57,472 nucleotides of DNA from Myxococcota bacterium (GTDB taxonomy: Bacteria > Myxococcota_A > UBA9160 > PR03). The stretch spans positions 1 through 57,472 of the forward strand of contig JBFIML010000027.1 in assembly GCA_041611735.1 (NCBI GenBank), written 5' to 3'. The notes under the pieces are model-generated. The model was given only the letters and a program-made list of their open reading frames with translations, searched no databases and was not told the DNA's origin. This document shows positions 13,416 to 23,442 of the stretch, one piece after another. How positions within the stretch are numbered: the first letter of the stretch is position 1; every line of letters starts with the position of its first letter. Position numbers and translations under genes: made by a program.

Positions 13416-13865
13416 TCACTTCTCGGGCGTCTTTACCGTCAGCACCGGACAGGGTGACTTCTGCACCACGCGCTCCGCCACGCTCCCCAGCAGCAGATGC
13501 TTGAGGCCCGAGAGGCCGCGGGTGCCGATCACGATCAGGTCCACGTGCTGGCGCGCCGCCTCCTCTTCGATCACGGTGGCGGCGTAGCCTTCCCGCACGA
13601 GTGTCTCCACCTTGAGTCCCTTCTGGCGCAGCGTCTCCGCGTGCCGTTGCAGGGACTTCTGTGCCTCGTCCTTCACGTTGGCCCAGAAGTCCGGCGGCAG
13701 GTACGCGCCTTCCAGCTGCTGGAACTCGAGGGGCAGGTGATAGGCGTGCAACAGGATCAGACTGCTGTCGTGTTCTTCGGCCAGATGGGCCGCCCATTCG
13801 AGTATGGGCTCCGTGTGGGAGGAGAAGTCGAGGGGCACCAGGATGCGTCGGACTTCGATCGTCAT
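13416..13865 (-). CDS. Universal stress protein
   Basis: RILVPLDFS, DLIVIGTRG, LLGSVAERVVQKSPCPVLTV. Confidence 0.95.
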   Translation of the reverse strand: MTIEVRRILVPLDFSSHTEPILEWAAHLAEEHDSSLILLHAYHLPLEFQQLEGAYLPPDFWANVKDEAQKSLQRHAETLRQKGLKVETLVREGYAATVIEEEAARQHVDLIVIGTRGLSGLKHLLLGSVAERVVQKSPCPVLTVKTPEK

Positions 13866-13954
13866 ACCCCAGAGCGTGCCCCGAATCCGGCTCGGAAGTC
13901 CAGCCCCCGGCGGCTGGGACTGCTCCGGATCGGACGGCCACCCCCGACGGCTTG

Positions 13955-13983
13955 TTGACGCTCCAGGGCCCCGGCTCTACCGT
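13955..13983 (+). promoter_or_regulatory. sigma70 promoter of tRNA-Ala
   Basis: TTGACG-N17-TACCGT, ending 14 nt before the tRNA. Confidence 0.7.
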
Positions 13984-13997
13984 TTGAAGGCACTCCT

Positions 13998-14073
13998 GGG
14001 GCCGTAGCTCAACTGGGAGAGCGCCGCGTTCGCAACGCGGAGGTTGGCGGTTCGATCCCGCTCGGCTCCACCA
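13998..14073 (+). tRNA. tRNA-Ala (anticodon CGC)
   Basis: 76-nt cloverleaf GGGGCCG...CGGCTCC-ACCA, G3:U70 Ala identity pair, anticodon arm CCGCG-TTCGCAA-CGCGG, T-loop GTTCGAT. Confidence 0.98.
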
Positions 14074-14095
14074 GAAGGGCTCCGGGGAGCCGTCC

Positions 14096-14824
14096 GTGTC
14101 TCGCAGCCTCGAAGATCTGGTCGACCGCCAGGCCCGCCGCTGGGAGCACGCGCGCCGAGCCACGGTTCCGCGTGCCCGCGGGCCGTGCGTCAGCATCTCC
14201 CGGCTGCCCGGGGCCGGCGCCGGCGAGGTGGGCCGACGCGTGGCCGAGTGGCTCGACTACGGCTTCTTCGGCGGCGAGATCGTCGACCAGATCGCCGAGC
14301 AGCAGGGCGTACAGCGCCAGCTGGTGGCGGGCCTCGACGAGCACGTGCGGAGCGCCATCGACCGCTACGTGATCTCGGCGTTCCGCTCGCGTCCGTTCAC
14401 GGAGAACGACTACATTCGCCACGTGGTGCACACGATCGCCACGCTCGGGGAGCGTGGCATGGCGGTGATCCTGGGCCGGGGCGCGACGGTCATCCTCGCC
14501 CCGGAGCAGACCCTGCGCGTCCTCGTGGTGGCGCCCGACGCCGACCGCATCGAGCGCCTGGCCCGGGTTCGCGGCATCTCGCGCGACGAGGCCGCGGCGC
14601 GCCTCGCCCAGGAGGACGAGGACCGGGCTGGGTTTTTGCGCCATCACTTCGGCGTCGAGCAGAACGACCCGACCCTCTACGACGTCGTGGTGAACACGGG
14701 CACCCTCGGCGTGGAGGGGGCCGCTGCTCTGGTGGTGGAGGGCCTGCGCCGGCGCTTCCCGGCCGGCCAGGAGGCTGGACGTTCCGGAGCTGCAGCCCAC
14801 GCCGGTCTCCGGTCAGGTTCCTAG
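14096..14824 (+). CDS. Cytidylate kinase-like family protein
   Basis: VSISRLPGAGAGEVG, VILGRGA, YDVVVNT motifs. Confidence 0.85.
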   Translation: MSRSLEDLVDRQARRWEHARRATVPRARGPCVSISRLPGAGAGEVGRRVAEWLDYGFFGGEIVDQIAEQQGVQRQLVAGLDEHVRSAIDRYVISAFRSRPFTENDYIRHVVHTIATLGERGMAVILGRGATVILAPEQTLRVLVVAPDADRIERLARVRGISRDEAAARLAQEDEDRAGFLRHHFGVEQNDPTLYDVVVNTGTLGVEGAAALVVEGLRRRFPAGQEAGRSGAAAHAGLRSGS

Positions 14825-15039
14825 CCCGCCCGGCCGGCGGCGGTCTCCTCGGAGACGAAGCCGCAGCGCCCGTGGGTGCCGTCGCAGAAAGGCCGGCTCG
14901 CCGACTGGCCGCAGCGACACAGGGCGACGGGCTTGCCCGCCTCGACCCGGTGGGCTGCTCCGGTGTGATCCACCAGCTGCACCGGACCGGTCACCACGTA
15001 GGGACCGTTCTTGAGGACCTTGATGCTGACGTCCGCCAT
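14821..15039 (-). CDS. CDGSH iron-sulfur domain protein
   Basis: NGPY, LCRCGQSASRPFCDGTH; SD GGAGG. Confidence 0.92.
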   Translation of the reverse strand: MADVSIKVLKNGPYVVTGPVQLVDHTGAAHRVEAGKPVALCRCGQSASRPFCDGTHGRCGFVSEETAAGRAG

Positions 15040-15072
15040 GCTCGCCTCCTTCGCTTGCGCGGAGAGCATGCC

Positions 15073-16239
15073 CTAGGAGGCAGCGGGCAGCGATCGGGCC
15101 GTCGCTCGCGAAGCTGGCGCGGGCAGGGCCCGGGCGGCCTCTTCGAGCACGCGGGCGAGCCGCGGCAGGGCGGTCTGCAGGCTGTAGCGCTCGACGGCCC
15201 GGGCACGTCCCGCCGCGCCGAGGCGGAGTCGAAGGTCGGCGTCCCCGAGCAGGCGCGCCAGGCTCGCCTCCCACTCCGCCGGTGTTCGCGCCAGCAGCCC
15301 CGCCACGCCGTCGCCCACCACCTCGCCGTTCACTCCCACCGGGCTCGCCACCACCGGGACGCCGCACGCCATGTACTGGATGGCCTTGAAGGCGCACTTG
15401 CCGGCGGCGAACGGAGTGTCGGGGAGCGGCATCAGGCCGACGTCGAAGCCCTGGACGTCGCGCGCGTCCTGCCGTGCGTGGCGATACCCGGGCCAGGGCC
15501 GGCACTCCACCGAGACCCCGGGGCAGGGGAAGCGATGCGGCCCGACCAGCCTCAGCCGCAGCGGAAAGCGACGCGCCAGGGCCTGGAAGACGCGCACCAG
15601 GGGCTCCAGATAGATGGTGTTGCCCGGCGCGCCGGTCCAGCCCAGGGTGAGGGGTCCCGAGCGGCGCGCCGCAGGGGCCGGCTCGAACACCTCCGTGTCC
15701 ACCACGGTGGGAATCACCTCCACCCGCCGCGCGTGGGGCTCGGCCCAGGCGGCCAGCACGGGGCTTCCCGCCACCACCGCCCGGCAGCGGCCGATCAGGG
15801 CCGGCAGCGCCCGGTCGCGGCGCACGACGCCGTCCGCCAGGCGCGCCGCCAGGCGCCCGCGTCCGTCGGCGAGCGGACTGCGCATGTAGACCGCGTCGTC
15901 GAAGTCGTAGACCACGGGCAGGTCGAGGCGCGGGATCAGCCGCGCGAGGCCGAGGGGCAGCGTCTCCTTCTGGATCCAGAGCAGGTCGAAGCGTCGCGCA
16001 GCCAGCAGGTCCCGCAGCCGGCGCGCGCCGCGCGCTGCGAAGTGGCCCGCCGCCCAGGCCGTGGCCGCGGGACGGCCCACCCGCCGCAGGCCGTAGCCGA
16101 GCTCGAAGTAGGCGCGCCCGGCCAGGGGCCTCACCTCCACCTCGATGCCCAGCCGCCGCAGCTCGGGCAGGTACTGGTAGACCCGCCAGCGGCTGCTGGG
16201 CTCGCAGTCCGGACCCACCGTGAAGGCCAGCACGCGCAC
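15073..16239 (-). CDS. Glycosyltransferase family 4
   Basis: SSRWRVYQY, YDFDDA, GKCAFKAIQYMACGVPVVASPVG. Confidence 0.9.
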   Translation of the reverse strand: MRVLAFTVGPDCEPSSRWRVYQYLPELRRLGIEVEVRPLAGRAYFELGYGLRRVGRPAATAWAAGHFAARGARRLRDLLAARRFDLLWIQKETLPLGLARLIPRLDLPVVYDFDDAVYMRSPLADGRGRLAARLADGVVRRDRALPALIGRCRAVVAGSPVLAAWAEPHARRVEVIPTVVDTEVFEPAPAARRSGPLTLGWTGAPGNTIYLEPLVRVFQALARRFPLRLRLVGPHRFPCPGVSVECRPWPGYRHARQDARDVQGFDVGLMPLPDTPFAAGKCAFKAIQYMACGVPVVASPVGVNGEVVGDGVAGLLARTPAEWEASLARLLGDADLRLRLGAAGRARAVERYSLQTALPRLARVLEEAARALPAPASRATARSLPAAS

Positions 16240-16398
16240 GGCCCGCTCCCCTGGAAAGCGCCGGCGCGCAGCGCCGCTCCGCGCGCCCCTGCCGGTGGCG
16301 GATCGGCCGGCAGGCGCGCGGACTTGACCCGGCGGGGGTGCGCGCGGTGGATCCTCGTCCCCGGCGGGACTACCTTCGGCGCGCCGAACGGGAGGACC

Positions 16399-17445
16399 AT
16401 GGGCAGCGGGCCGGGCGAACGGGATCATGCGGAGCGCAACCGCTTCGGGCGGGTCGTGCGCATCCCGACGCCCACGCCGCTCCCGGTGGGCGACATCAAC
16501 GCCTATCTGATCCTGCCGCCCGCGGGCTCCGATTCCCTCACCCTGATCGACACCGGGGTGAAGTCTCCCGAGGCCTTCGAGGCCCTGCGTCAGGGCTTCA
16601 AGGCCGGCGGCTGGTCTCTCGAACGGGTGGACCGGATCCTGGTGACCCACGCCCACATGGACCACTACGGGCAGGCGAAGCGCATCCGCGACCTCTCGGG
16701 GGCCACCGTGCATGCATCCCGGGCCGAGGCGGAGCGCATGACCACCTGGTTCTCGCCCACCGGCGAGCGCAACGAGGTGGTGCTGGCCTGGTTCCGGCAC
16801 TGGGGCGTTCCCGAGGCCATCGCCCGTCCGGAAGGGGAGATGGCCAGCATGGCGCGCCGTCTCCTCGACCCCATCGACGTGGACGTGATCCTGGACGACG
16901 GCGATCGGGTCGAGGCGGTGGACCTGGGCCTGGAGGCCATCGCCACGCCCGGCCACTGCGACGGCCACCTGGTCTTCTACGAGCGGGACCTGGGGCTCCT
17001 CTTCTCGGGCGACCACCTGCTCACGGACATCACACCGGTGCCGTTGCTCGTGTTCCCGAAGCACGCGGGCGAGCCGCGTCCGAAGAGCCTCGGGCGCTTC
17101 ATGGACTCCCTCGACCGGGTGGAGTCCCTGGAGTGCCGGCTCACCTTTCCCGCCCACGGCGACGTGATCCGGGACCACCGGGAGATCATCCGCGGCTATC
17201 GCCTGCACCACGAGCGACGCAAGCTACAGATGCTGCGCGCCCTGGAGCGCGGGCCCTTGACGCCCTTCGAGCTGGCCCGGCGCCTGTTTCCGCGCCACTA
17301 CGCCCGGGAGATCTACCTGGTGATGTCGGAGGTGATCGGCCACCTGGATCTCCTGGTGGACGAGGAGAGCGTCCGGCTCGAGGAGCGGGACGGCGTCGAG
17401 CGGGCCGTCCTGATCCGCGAGCCGCTTCCGGAGGAAGCCTCGTGA
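16399..17445 (+). CDS. MBL-fold metallo-hydrolase with C-terminal wHTH
   Basis: THAHMDHYG, TPGHC, SGDH, PAHG; SD GGAGG. Confidence 0.9.
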   Translation: MGSGPGERDHAERNRFGRVVRIPTPTPLPVGDINAYLILPPAGSDSLTLIDTGVKSPEAFEALRQGFKAGGWSLERVDRILVTHAHMDHYGQAKRIRDLSGATVHASRAEAERMTTWFSPTGERNEVVLAWFRHWGVPEAIARPEGEMASMARRLLDPIDVDVILDDGDRVEAVDLGLEAIATPGHCDGHLVFYERDLGLLFSGDHLLTDITPVPLLVFPKHAGEPRPKSLGRFMDSLDRVESLECRLTFPAHGDVIRDHREIIRGYRLHHERRKLQMLRALERGPLTPFELARRLFPRHYAREIYLVMSEVIGHLDLLVDEESVRLEERDGVERAVLIREPLPEEAS

Positions 17446-17663
17446 GCATCAGCAAGAACAGCGAGCTGATCGGATCATCGCCCCACGGCTTCGAGGCGGC
17501 CGCCGAGGGCGTCGTCGAACGCGCCCACCGCACCCTGCGCGGGGTGACGGGCTTTCGGGTGGTCGACAAGCGGGTCCTGGTGACGTCGGAAGGCATCCAG
17601 GAGTACCAGGTCCGGCTACGGCTCAGCTTCGACGTGGCGCCGGAGACGGTGCTGCACTGGTAG
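17442..17663 (+). CDS. Dodecin family protein 1
   Basis: ELIGSSPHGFEAA..RAHRTLRG..EYQVRLRLSF; GTGA overlap. Confidence 0.82.
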   Translation: MSISKNSELIGSSPHGFEAAAEGVVERAHRTLRGVTGFRVVDKRVLVTSEGIQEYQVRLRLSFDVAPETVLHW

Positions 17664-17673
17664 GAGGGAGGCC

Positions 17674-17886
17674 ATGGCCGTCGCTTCGGTCTCGACGATC
17701 ACGGCGTCGTCGCCGCTCGGCTGGCAGGATGCCCTGCAGCGGGGCTTCGAACGCGCCCGCAAGACCCTGCGTCACATCCGTGAGCTCGAGGTGGCGGAGG
17801 AGCGCGCGCGCGTCGAGGACGGCAAGATCAGCGAATACCTGGTGACGCTGCGCGTGATCTTCCTGCTCGAGGAGCCCGGCGACTAG
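17674..17886 (+). CDS. Dodecin family protein 2
   Basis: ITASSPLGWQDA..RARKTLR..VEDGKISEYLVTLRVIF; strong SD. Confidence 0.88.
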   Translation: MAVASVSTITASSPLGWQDALQRGFERARKTLRHIRELEVAEERARVEDGKISEYLVTLRVIFLLEEPGD

Positions 17887-17888
17887 CC

Positions 17889-18899
17889 ATGCGGGTTCCT
17901 GCGGTCGTCGCCGCCGGCGACCGCCGGGCGGCCAAGGCGATCCTCGGCGAGAGCAAGGTCTACCTCGAGATCGACGACCGCCCGCTGGTCGTGCACGTGG
18001 TCCAGGTGCTGCAGCGCGTCCCCGAGGTGTCCGCGGTCTGGGTGGTGGGCAACCTGGCGCGGCTGGAGGCGGTGCTGGGCGCGGAGGCGGTGCGTCGCAC
18101 CCTTCACAAGCCCCTGCACGTGGTGCCCCAGCAGCGCAACCTGTACGAGAACTGCTGGGAGACGTATCGGAGACTGCTGCCGGGCGCTGGCCCCGAGGGC
18201 CGGGATCCCCGTCCCGAGCACGCGCACCAGCGCGTGCTCTACCTCTCCGCGGACCTGCCCTTCGCGACCCCCCAGGAGATCTCCGAGTTCGTGCGGCGGG
18301 GAGCCGAGCTCGACTGCGACTACGTGCTTGGCCTCGCCACCGAGGAGGCCATGGAGGCGTTCTACCCCGTCCGCAGCGGAGAGCCCGGCATCCGCATGGC
18401 CTACTTCAACCTGCGCGAGGGCCGCTTCCGGCAGAACAACCTCCACCTGGTGAAGCCCGCGCGCATCACCAACCGCTTCTACATCGAGGAGATGTACGAG
18501 CACCGCTACCAGCGGCAGTTCGGCCAGATCCTCGGCCTGGCCTGGCGACTGCTGCGCAGCGAGGAGGGGGGCCTCCAGCTCCTCTACTACTACGGGCTCA
18601 TGCACCTGGCGGCGGTGGCAGACCGCCGGGGCTGGCGGCGCAGCGCGGACCGCCTGCGCCGCTGGATCTCGCTCGCCAAGGTGGAGGTGGCGGTGAGCCG
18701 GCTGCTGCGCTCGTCCTTCCGTACCGCGGTGATCGACCTCGGCGGCTGCGCCGTGGACATCGACAACGAAGACGATTACCAGGCGGCGCGGCTCCGCTAC
18801 AAGGAATGGCGCACCCGCGAGGAGGCGCGCGCCAACGAGCTCTACGGCCCGCTCGCACTGCCGGCGCGGGCGGGCCAGGCGGGAGAGCCGGGCTCGTGA
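17889..18899 (+). CDS. MobA-like NTP-transferase domain protein
   Basis: AVVAAGD..SKVYLEI, LSADLP, VDIDNEDD. Confidence 0.78.
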   Translation: MRVPAVVAAGDRRAAKAILGESKVYLEIDDRPLVVHVVQVLQRVPEVSAVWVVGNLARLEAVLGAEAVRRTLHKPLHVVPQQRNLYENCWETYRRLLPGAGPEGRDPRPEHAHQRVLYLSADLPFATPQEISEFVRRGAELDCDYVLGLATEEAMEAFYPVRSGEPGIRMAYFNLREGRFRQNNLHLVKPARITNRFYIEEMYEHRYQRQFGQILGLAWRLLRSEEGGLQLLYYYGLMHLAAVADRRGWRRSADRLRRWISLAKVEVAVSRLLRSSFRTAVIDLGGCAVDIDNEDDYQAARLRYKEWRTREEARANELYGPLALPARAGQAGEPGS

Positions 18900-19900
18900 C
18901 GCCCGAAGAGTGTGCGGCCGCGGTGCGACGCGGGGCGGGTCTCTTCCGTCTCGAGGACCGCGGGCTGCTCGAAGTGACGGGCTCCGACCGGGAACGCTGG
19001 CTGAACGGCCAGGTCAGCAACGAGGTGGCCGGGCTGGCGCCGGAGGGGCCGCGCTCGGGCTGCCCCGCGCTGCTGCTCACGGCCCAGGGGCGCATCGTCG
19101 CGGACCTGCAGGTGCTGGCGCGGCCGGGAGCCTTCTGGCTCGAGTGCGACGCCGCGGCGCTGCCGGCCGTCCAGGCGCGCCTCGCCAAGGTGATCATCGC
19201 GGACGACGTGACGCTCGCGGACCGCAGCGCCGCCGTGGCCCGGCTCGGGCTCGAAGGGCCGCAGGCTGCGCAGATCCTGGCTCGCGCGCTCGGGCACCCG
19301 CTCGCCCTGGCACCCGGGAGCACGGCCGAGGTGGGGCTCGCGGGCGCGGAGGCGCTGGTGGCGGCGTTCGGCTGGAGCGGGGAGCCGGCCTTCCAGCTCT
19401 TCGTGCCGCCGGAGCGGACGGTGGCGGTGGCGGAGACGCTGCAGCGCGCCGGGCAGGGAGCGGGCCTGGTGGCCGGCGACGCCCTCGCTCTCGAGATCCT
19501 GCGGGTCGAGGCCGGCGTGCCCCGCTTCGGGCGGGAGCTGGACGAGGACGTGCTGCCGGCGGAGACCCCGCTGCTGGGGCCAGCGGTCTCGTTCACGAAG
19601 GGCTGCTACACGGGCCAGGAGATCGTTGCGCGCATGCACTCGCGCGGGCAGGTGAAATACCGGCTGGTGGGGCTTCGCTGCCAGGCAGACGCGCCGCCGG
19701 CGCCGGGCGCCGCGCTCCACGCGGGCGGCCGGTCCGTGGGCGAGGTGACGAGCGCCGCCCGCTCGCCCGCGGCCGGTGCGATCGCCCTGGCCTTCGTGAA
19801 GCGCCCCCACGACGCGCCCGGCACGGAGCTGCAGGTGGAGGGGCGCCGCGCCCGGGTGGCTTACCTCCCCCTGGTCGACCCGACCGGCCCGGGCCCATGA
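18896..19900 (+). CDS. ygfZ: Folate-binding protein YgfZ/GcvT family
   Basis: KGCYTGQEIVAR signature; GTGA overlap. Confidence 0.88.
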   Translation: MTPEECAAAVRRGAGLFRLEDRGLLEVTGSDRERWLNGQVSNEVAGLAPEGPRSGCPALLLTAQGRIVADLQVLARPGAFWLECDAAALPAVQARLAKVIIADDVTLADRSAAVARLGLEGPQAAQILARALGHPLALAPGSTAEVGLAGAEALVAAFGWSGEPAFQLFVPPERTVAVAETLQRAGQGAGLVAGDALALEILRVEAGVPRFGRELDEDVLPAETPLLGPAVSFTKGCYTGQEIVARMHSRGQVKYRLVGLRCQADAPPAPGAALHAGGRSVGEVTSAARSPAAGAIALAFVKRPHDAPGTELQVEGRRARVAYLPLVDPTGPGP

Positions 19901-20574
19901 AGGGCTGGCTCGTGGTCTTCGCCAAGGAGCCCGTCCCGGGCCGGGTGAAGACGCGGCTCACGCCGCCCTTCAGCGCCGAGGAAGCGGCCGCCCTCTACGG
20001 CTGCCTGCTCGAAGACGTCCTGGAGACGAGCGCTCGGGCCGCGCAGCAGCTCGGCCTCGAGGCGGTGGCAGCGGTGGATCCGCCCGCAGCGCTGGCCTCG
20101 CTGGCGGCCCGCGCGGTCCGCGGCCTGCGGGCCGTGGTCCAGCGCGGGCCCGGTTTGGCGGGGCGCATGGAACACGTGGTGGCGGAGGCCGCGGCGGCGG
20201 GCGCGGGCCTCATCCTGCTGCGCGGCAGTGACAGCCCCACCCTGGACGTGGAAGACCTCGCGGCGGCCCTGGAAGCCCTGGAGAAGGCGGACCTGGTGCT
20301 GCGGCCGGACCGGGACGGCGGCTACAACCTGGTGGGACTGCACGAGCCGGTCCCGGGCCTCTTCGATCATCCCATGAGCACCCCGCACGTGCTGGAGGAC
20401 ACCCTCACCAACGCGGCAGGCCTGGGTCTCGTCGCCCGCCTGCTGCCCCCCGGCTTCGACATCGACACGCAGCAGGACCTGCGCTGGCTCGCGGACGCAC
20501 GCCGGGGAAACCCCTCGCTTCCGTGTCCCCGCACGATCCGGCTCTTGGACGAGCGCGAGCTCTGGCCCCGGTAG
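19897..20574 (+). CDS. DUF2064/TIGR04282-family CofC-like transferase
   Basis: VFAKEPVPGRVKTRL, GSDSP, DGGYNLVG, DIDT. Confidence 0.85.
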   Translation: MKGWLVVFAKEPVPGRVKTRLTPPFSAEEAAALYGCLLEDVLETSARAAQQLGLEAVAAVDPPAALASLAARAVRGLRAVVQRGPGLAGRMEHVVAEAAAAGAGLILLRGSDSPTLDVEDLAAALEALEKADLVLRPDRDGGYNLVGLHEPVPGLFDHPMSTPHVLEDTLTNAAGLGLVARLLPPGFDIDTQQDLRWLADARRGNPSLPCPRTIRLLDERELWPR

Positions 20575-20607
20575 CCCCCGGGCCCCGGACCATCCCGCGG
20601 CAGGGGC

Positions 20608-20714
20608 TGCCCGGGGGGTGGGGCAGCGTTGGGCTGCCTCCGGCACCGGCTCCAGCCGCGCTCTCCGACGGAGACGCACGAGGCGGGCCTCGCGGAGAAG
20701 GCACCCCCGTTGCT
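20608..20714 (+). promoter_or_regulatory. sigma54 promoter with upstream enhancer-like site (porin gene)
   Basis: AGGCAC-N5-TTGCT at 20699-20714; TGCCC-N8-GGGCA at 20608-20625. Confidence 0.65.
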
Positions 20715-20952
20715 TTGGGGTGAAGAATGGATTAAAGGGCGGCAGTGCTCGTAGGACGTGCGTCCTGGGGTACGTCGAGCTCCCGAGCGGGAGCCACGGT
20801 GTGCTCTGGCCGGTCGGGCGTACGATCGTGGGAGGAAGGGAAACGTCTGGGGTGATATCACCCCGAGAGCGGACGGTGCTGCGGCTCCGTCCGCCCGCGC
20901 CACCACGTCGTCGCGAACGCACCGGCTACACCATCAAGGAGGGGACACAGTG

Positions 20953-22362
20953 ATGCGTTCTCGGTTGACGGCCGCAGCAGCGGCCTTCGCGGTCCTGGCG
21001 TTCGCCGCACCGCCGTCCGGCGCCGACGACGTTCAGGACCAGCTCCGCGCGATGCAGGAGCGGATGCAGCAGGTGGAGGATCGCCTGCAGGCGACCACGG
21101 ACGAGCTCCAGACCTCGAAGCAGCAGGTGGCCGAGCAGCAGCAGCTGATCGAGCGCTCCGGAATCGCGAACGGCTCGGGAGCCAGCTCGGGGCTGGCCTC
21201 CTTCCTGGATAGTCTCGAGATCGGCGGCTGGGTGACGGCCAGCTACTGGTACAACGTGAACGACCCGGACAACGACGATCTCGACGACTCGGACAATCCG
21301 GGGGTGAACCAGGGCGCGTTCGGACACGCGAACTTCTTCCAGCCCGACAACAACACGTTCTCGATCGATCAGCTCTGGTTCGAGCTGCGGCGGCCCACGG
21401 ACGAGAGCAACCGCGCCGGCTTCGGGGCGGACATCCTGTTCGGCAAGCACGCCGGCCTCCTGAGCCCGCAGGACTTCGAGTCCCGCGCGGTCCGGGAGCA
21501 GTGCGAGGACCCCGAGTTCGGCTGCCGGGCCGGCGACGCCACGGACCTCTATGTCCACCAGGCGTACGCGGAGTACCTGGCCCCGATCGGGAACGGGGTC
21601 CGCATCCAGGCCGGGAAGTTCATGACGTTGCTCGGGTACGAGACGATCCACGCGCCCTACAACAACCACATCACGCGGGGCATCGTCTGGCAGAACCTGC
21701 AGCCGATCGACCACACCGGCGTCCTGGCCTCCACCTCGCGAGGCGGCTGGGAGGCGGCGCTCGGTCTGGTGAACAGCTTCTCGCCCATCGACCCGGACCA
21801 GAACGACGGCAAGAGCGTGATGGGCCGGGTGGGCTTCAGCGGCGAGAACTTCTCGGTGCTGCTGAACGGCATCTGGGGCCCGGAGTCGCCGGACAACGAG
21901 CACGACAAGCTGGCCGTGGGAGACGTGATCATCACGCTGAACCCGAACGACCGGCTGTCGCTCTTCGCGAACGGCGACTTCCTGTGGGCGGATCCGGACC
22001 CCGTGCTCGGTCCCTCGCGGGGCGATCAGCACGCCTGGGGAGCGGCCGTGGGCGGCCGCCTGGCCCTGACGGACCGCACGGGCTTCTCCGTCCGGGGCGA
22101 GTACCTGCGGGACGACGGGGCCTTCATCACCGGGAGCACCGTGGCGGGCCGGCCGATCGACGCCACGCTGTGGTCCGCCACCGGCACGGTGGACCACAAG
22201 CTGACCGACAAGCTCATCCTGCGGGGTGAGGTGCGCTGGGACCGCGGTCGCCTCGACGAGGTGGCGGACAACCTCTTCGTCGACGACACGGGCTCCTCGT
22301 TCACCTTCGAGGACGAGGACCAGCTGCTGGTGGGGGTCGACCTGACCTACCTGTTCAACTAG
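20953..22362 (+). CDS. Outer-membrane beta-barrel porin (DUF1597/BBP2-like) with N-terminal coiled coil
   Basis: Signal peptide, Gln-rich coiled coil, QAYAEY/AGKFMTLLGYE motifs, C-terminal YLF; SD AGGAGG; alternative GTG start 20950. Confidence 0.85.
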   Translation: MRSRLTAAAAAFAVLAFAAPPSGADDVQDQLRAMQERMQQVEDRLQATTDELQTSKQQVAEQQQLIERSGIANGSGASSGLASFLDSLEIGGWVTASYWYNVNDPDNDDLDDSDNPGVNQGAFGHANFFQPDNNTFSIDQLWFELRRPTDESNRAGFGADILFGKHAGLLSPQDFESRAVREQCEDPEFGCRAGDATDLYVHQAYAEYLAPIGNGVRIQAGKFMTLLGYETIHAPYNNHITRGIVWQNLQPIDHTGVLASTSRGGWEAALGLVNSFSPIDPDQNDGKSVMGRVGFSGENFSVLLNGIWGPESPDNEHDKLAVGDVIITLNPNDRLSLFANGDFLWADPDPVLGPSRGDQHAWGAAVGGRLALTDRTGFSVRGEYLRDDGAFITGSTVAGRPIDATLWSATGTVDHKLTDKLILRGEVRWDRGRLDEVADNLFVDDTGSSFTFEDEDQLLVGVDLTYLFN

Positions 22363-22387
22363 GTCGCGTCGGCCGGACGCACGTTCC

Positions 22388-22421
22388 GGGGCGCGGCACC
22401 GCCGGGTGCCGCGCCCCTTCT
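22388..22421 (+). terminator. Intrinsic terminator after porin
   Basis: 13-bp stem GGGGCGCGGCACC/GGTGCCGCGCCCC then TTCT. Confidence 0.65.
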
Positions 22422-22437
22422 GCATGGGGGCCCGGCC

Positions 22438-22773
22438 TCAGGCCGCTTCGTCGTGTCCCGGGGCGACCGGGCGGCGGGTGGCGAAGCCCAGGCGCTCGAG
22501 CTTGGCGTACAGGGTGCGGCGCCCGATGCCGAGGGCGCGGGCGGCGGCGGAGCGATTGCCGCGCGCCTCGCGCAGGGCCTGGGCGATGCGCCAGGCCTCG
22601 GCCAGGGCACTCCACTCGCGGAGGGGCAAGCCGAGCCCGCCCCGCGCGCGGCGCGCCCGGTGCTCGAGCTCGGCCAGGGTGAGCTCGGCCAGCTCCGCCT
22701 CGGCTCGTCCTGCGTGTCCGCCCCTCTGCATCCGCAGGGCTCCCGCCGTCGTCGTCGGCTCTGCGCCGGCCAT
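22438..22773 (-). CDS. Stand-alone Fis-type HTH (HTH_8) protein
   Basis: [34 protein letters not shown]; no AAA+ or REC domain; start 22773 or 22731. Confidence 0.78.
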   Translation of the reverse strand: MAGAEPTTTAGALRMQRGGHAGRAEAELAELTLAELEHRARRARGGLGLPLREWSALAEAWRIAQALREARGNRSAAARALGIGRRTLYAKLERLGFATRRPVAPGHDEAA

Positions 22774-22844
22774 CCAGCGCGGGCGCCTGCAAGGTGCGTT
22801 CCGGGTCCCGGACCGCCCCGCGCGCTGCTGGCGACCCGATCCCC

Positions 22845-23404
<560 letters not shown>

Positions 23405-23442
23405 CGCGCCCCAGACGCTTCCAGAAGAAAGGGACGACTCTC

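Noticed and set aside
13998-14095. tRNA-Ala as an integration site
   Set aside because: No integrase, no duplicated tRNA 3' end and no compositional shift next to it
14044-17445. 1133-aa ORF (likewise the 1241-aa ORF at 32849) as giant proteins
   Set aside because: Only the C-terminal parts (MBL hydrolase, PBP1B) are real and have their own SD-linked starts
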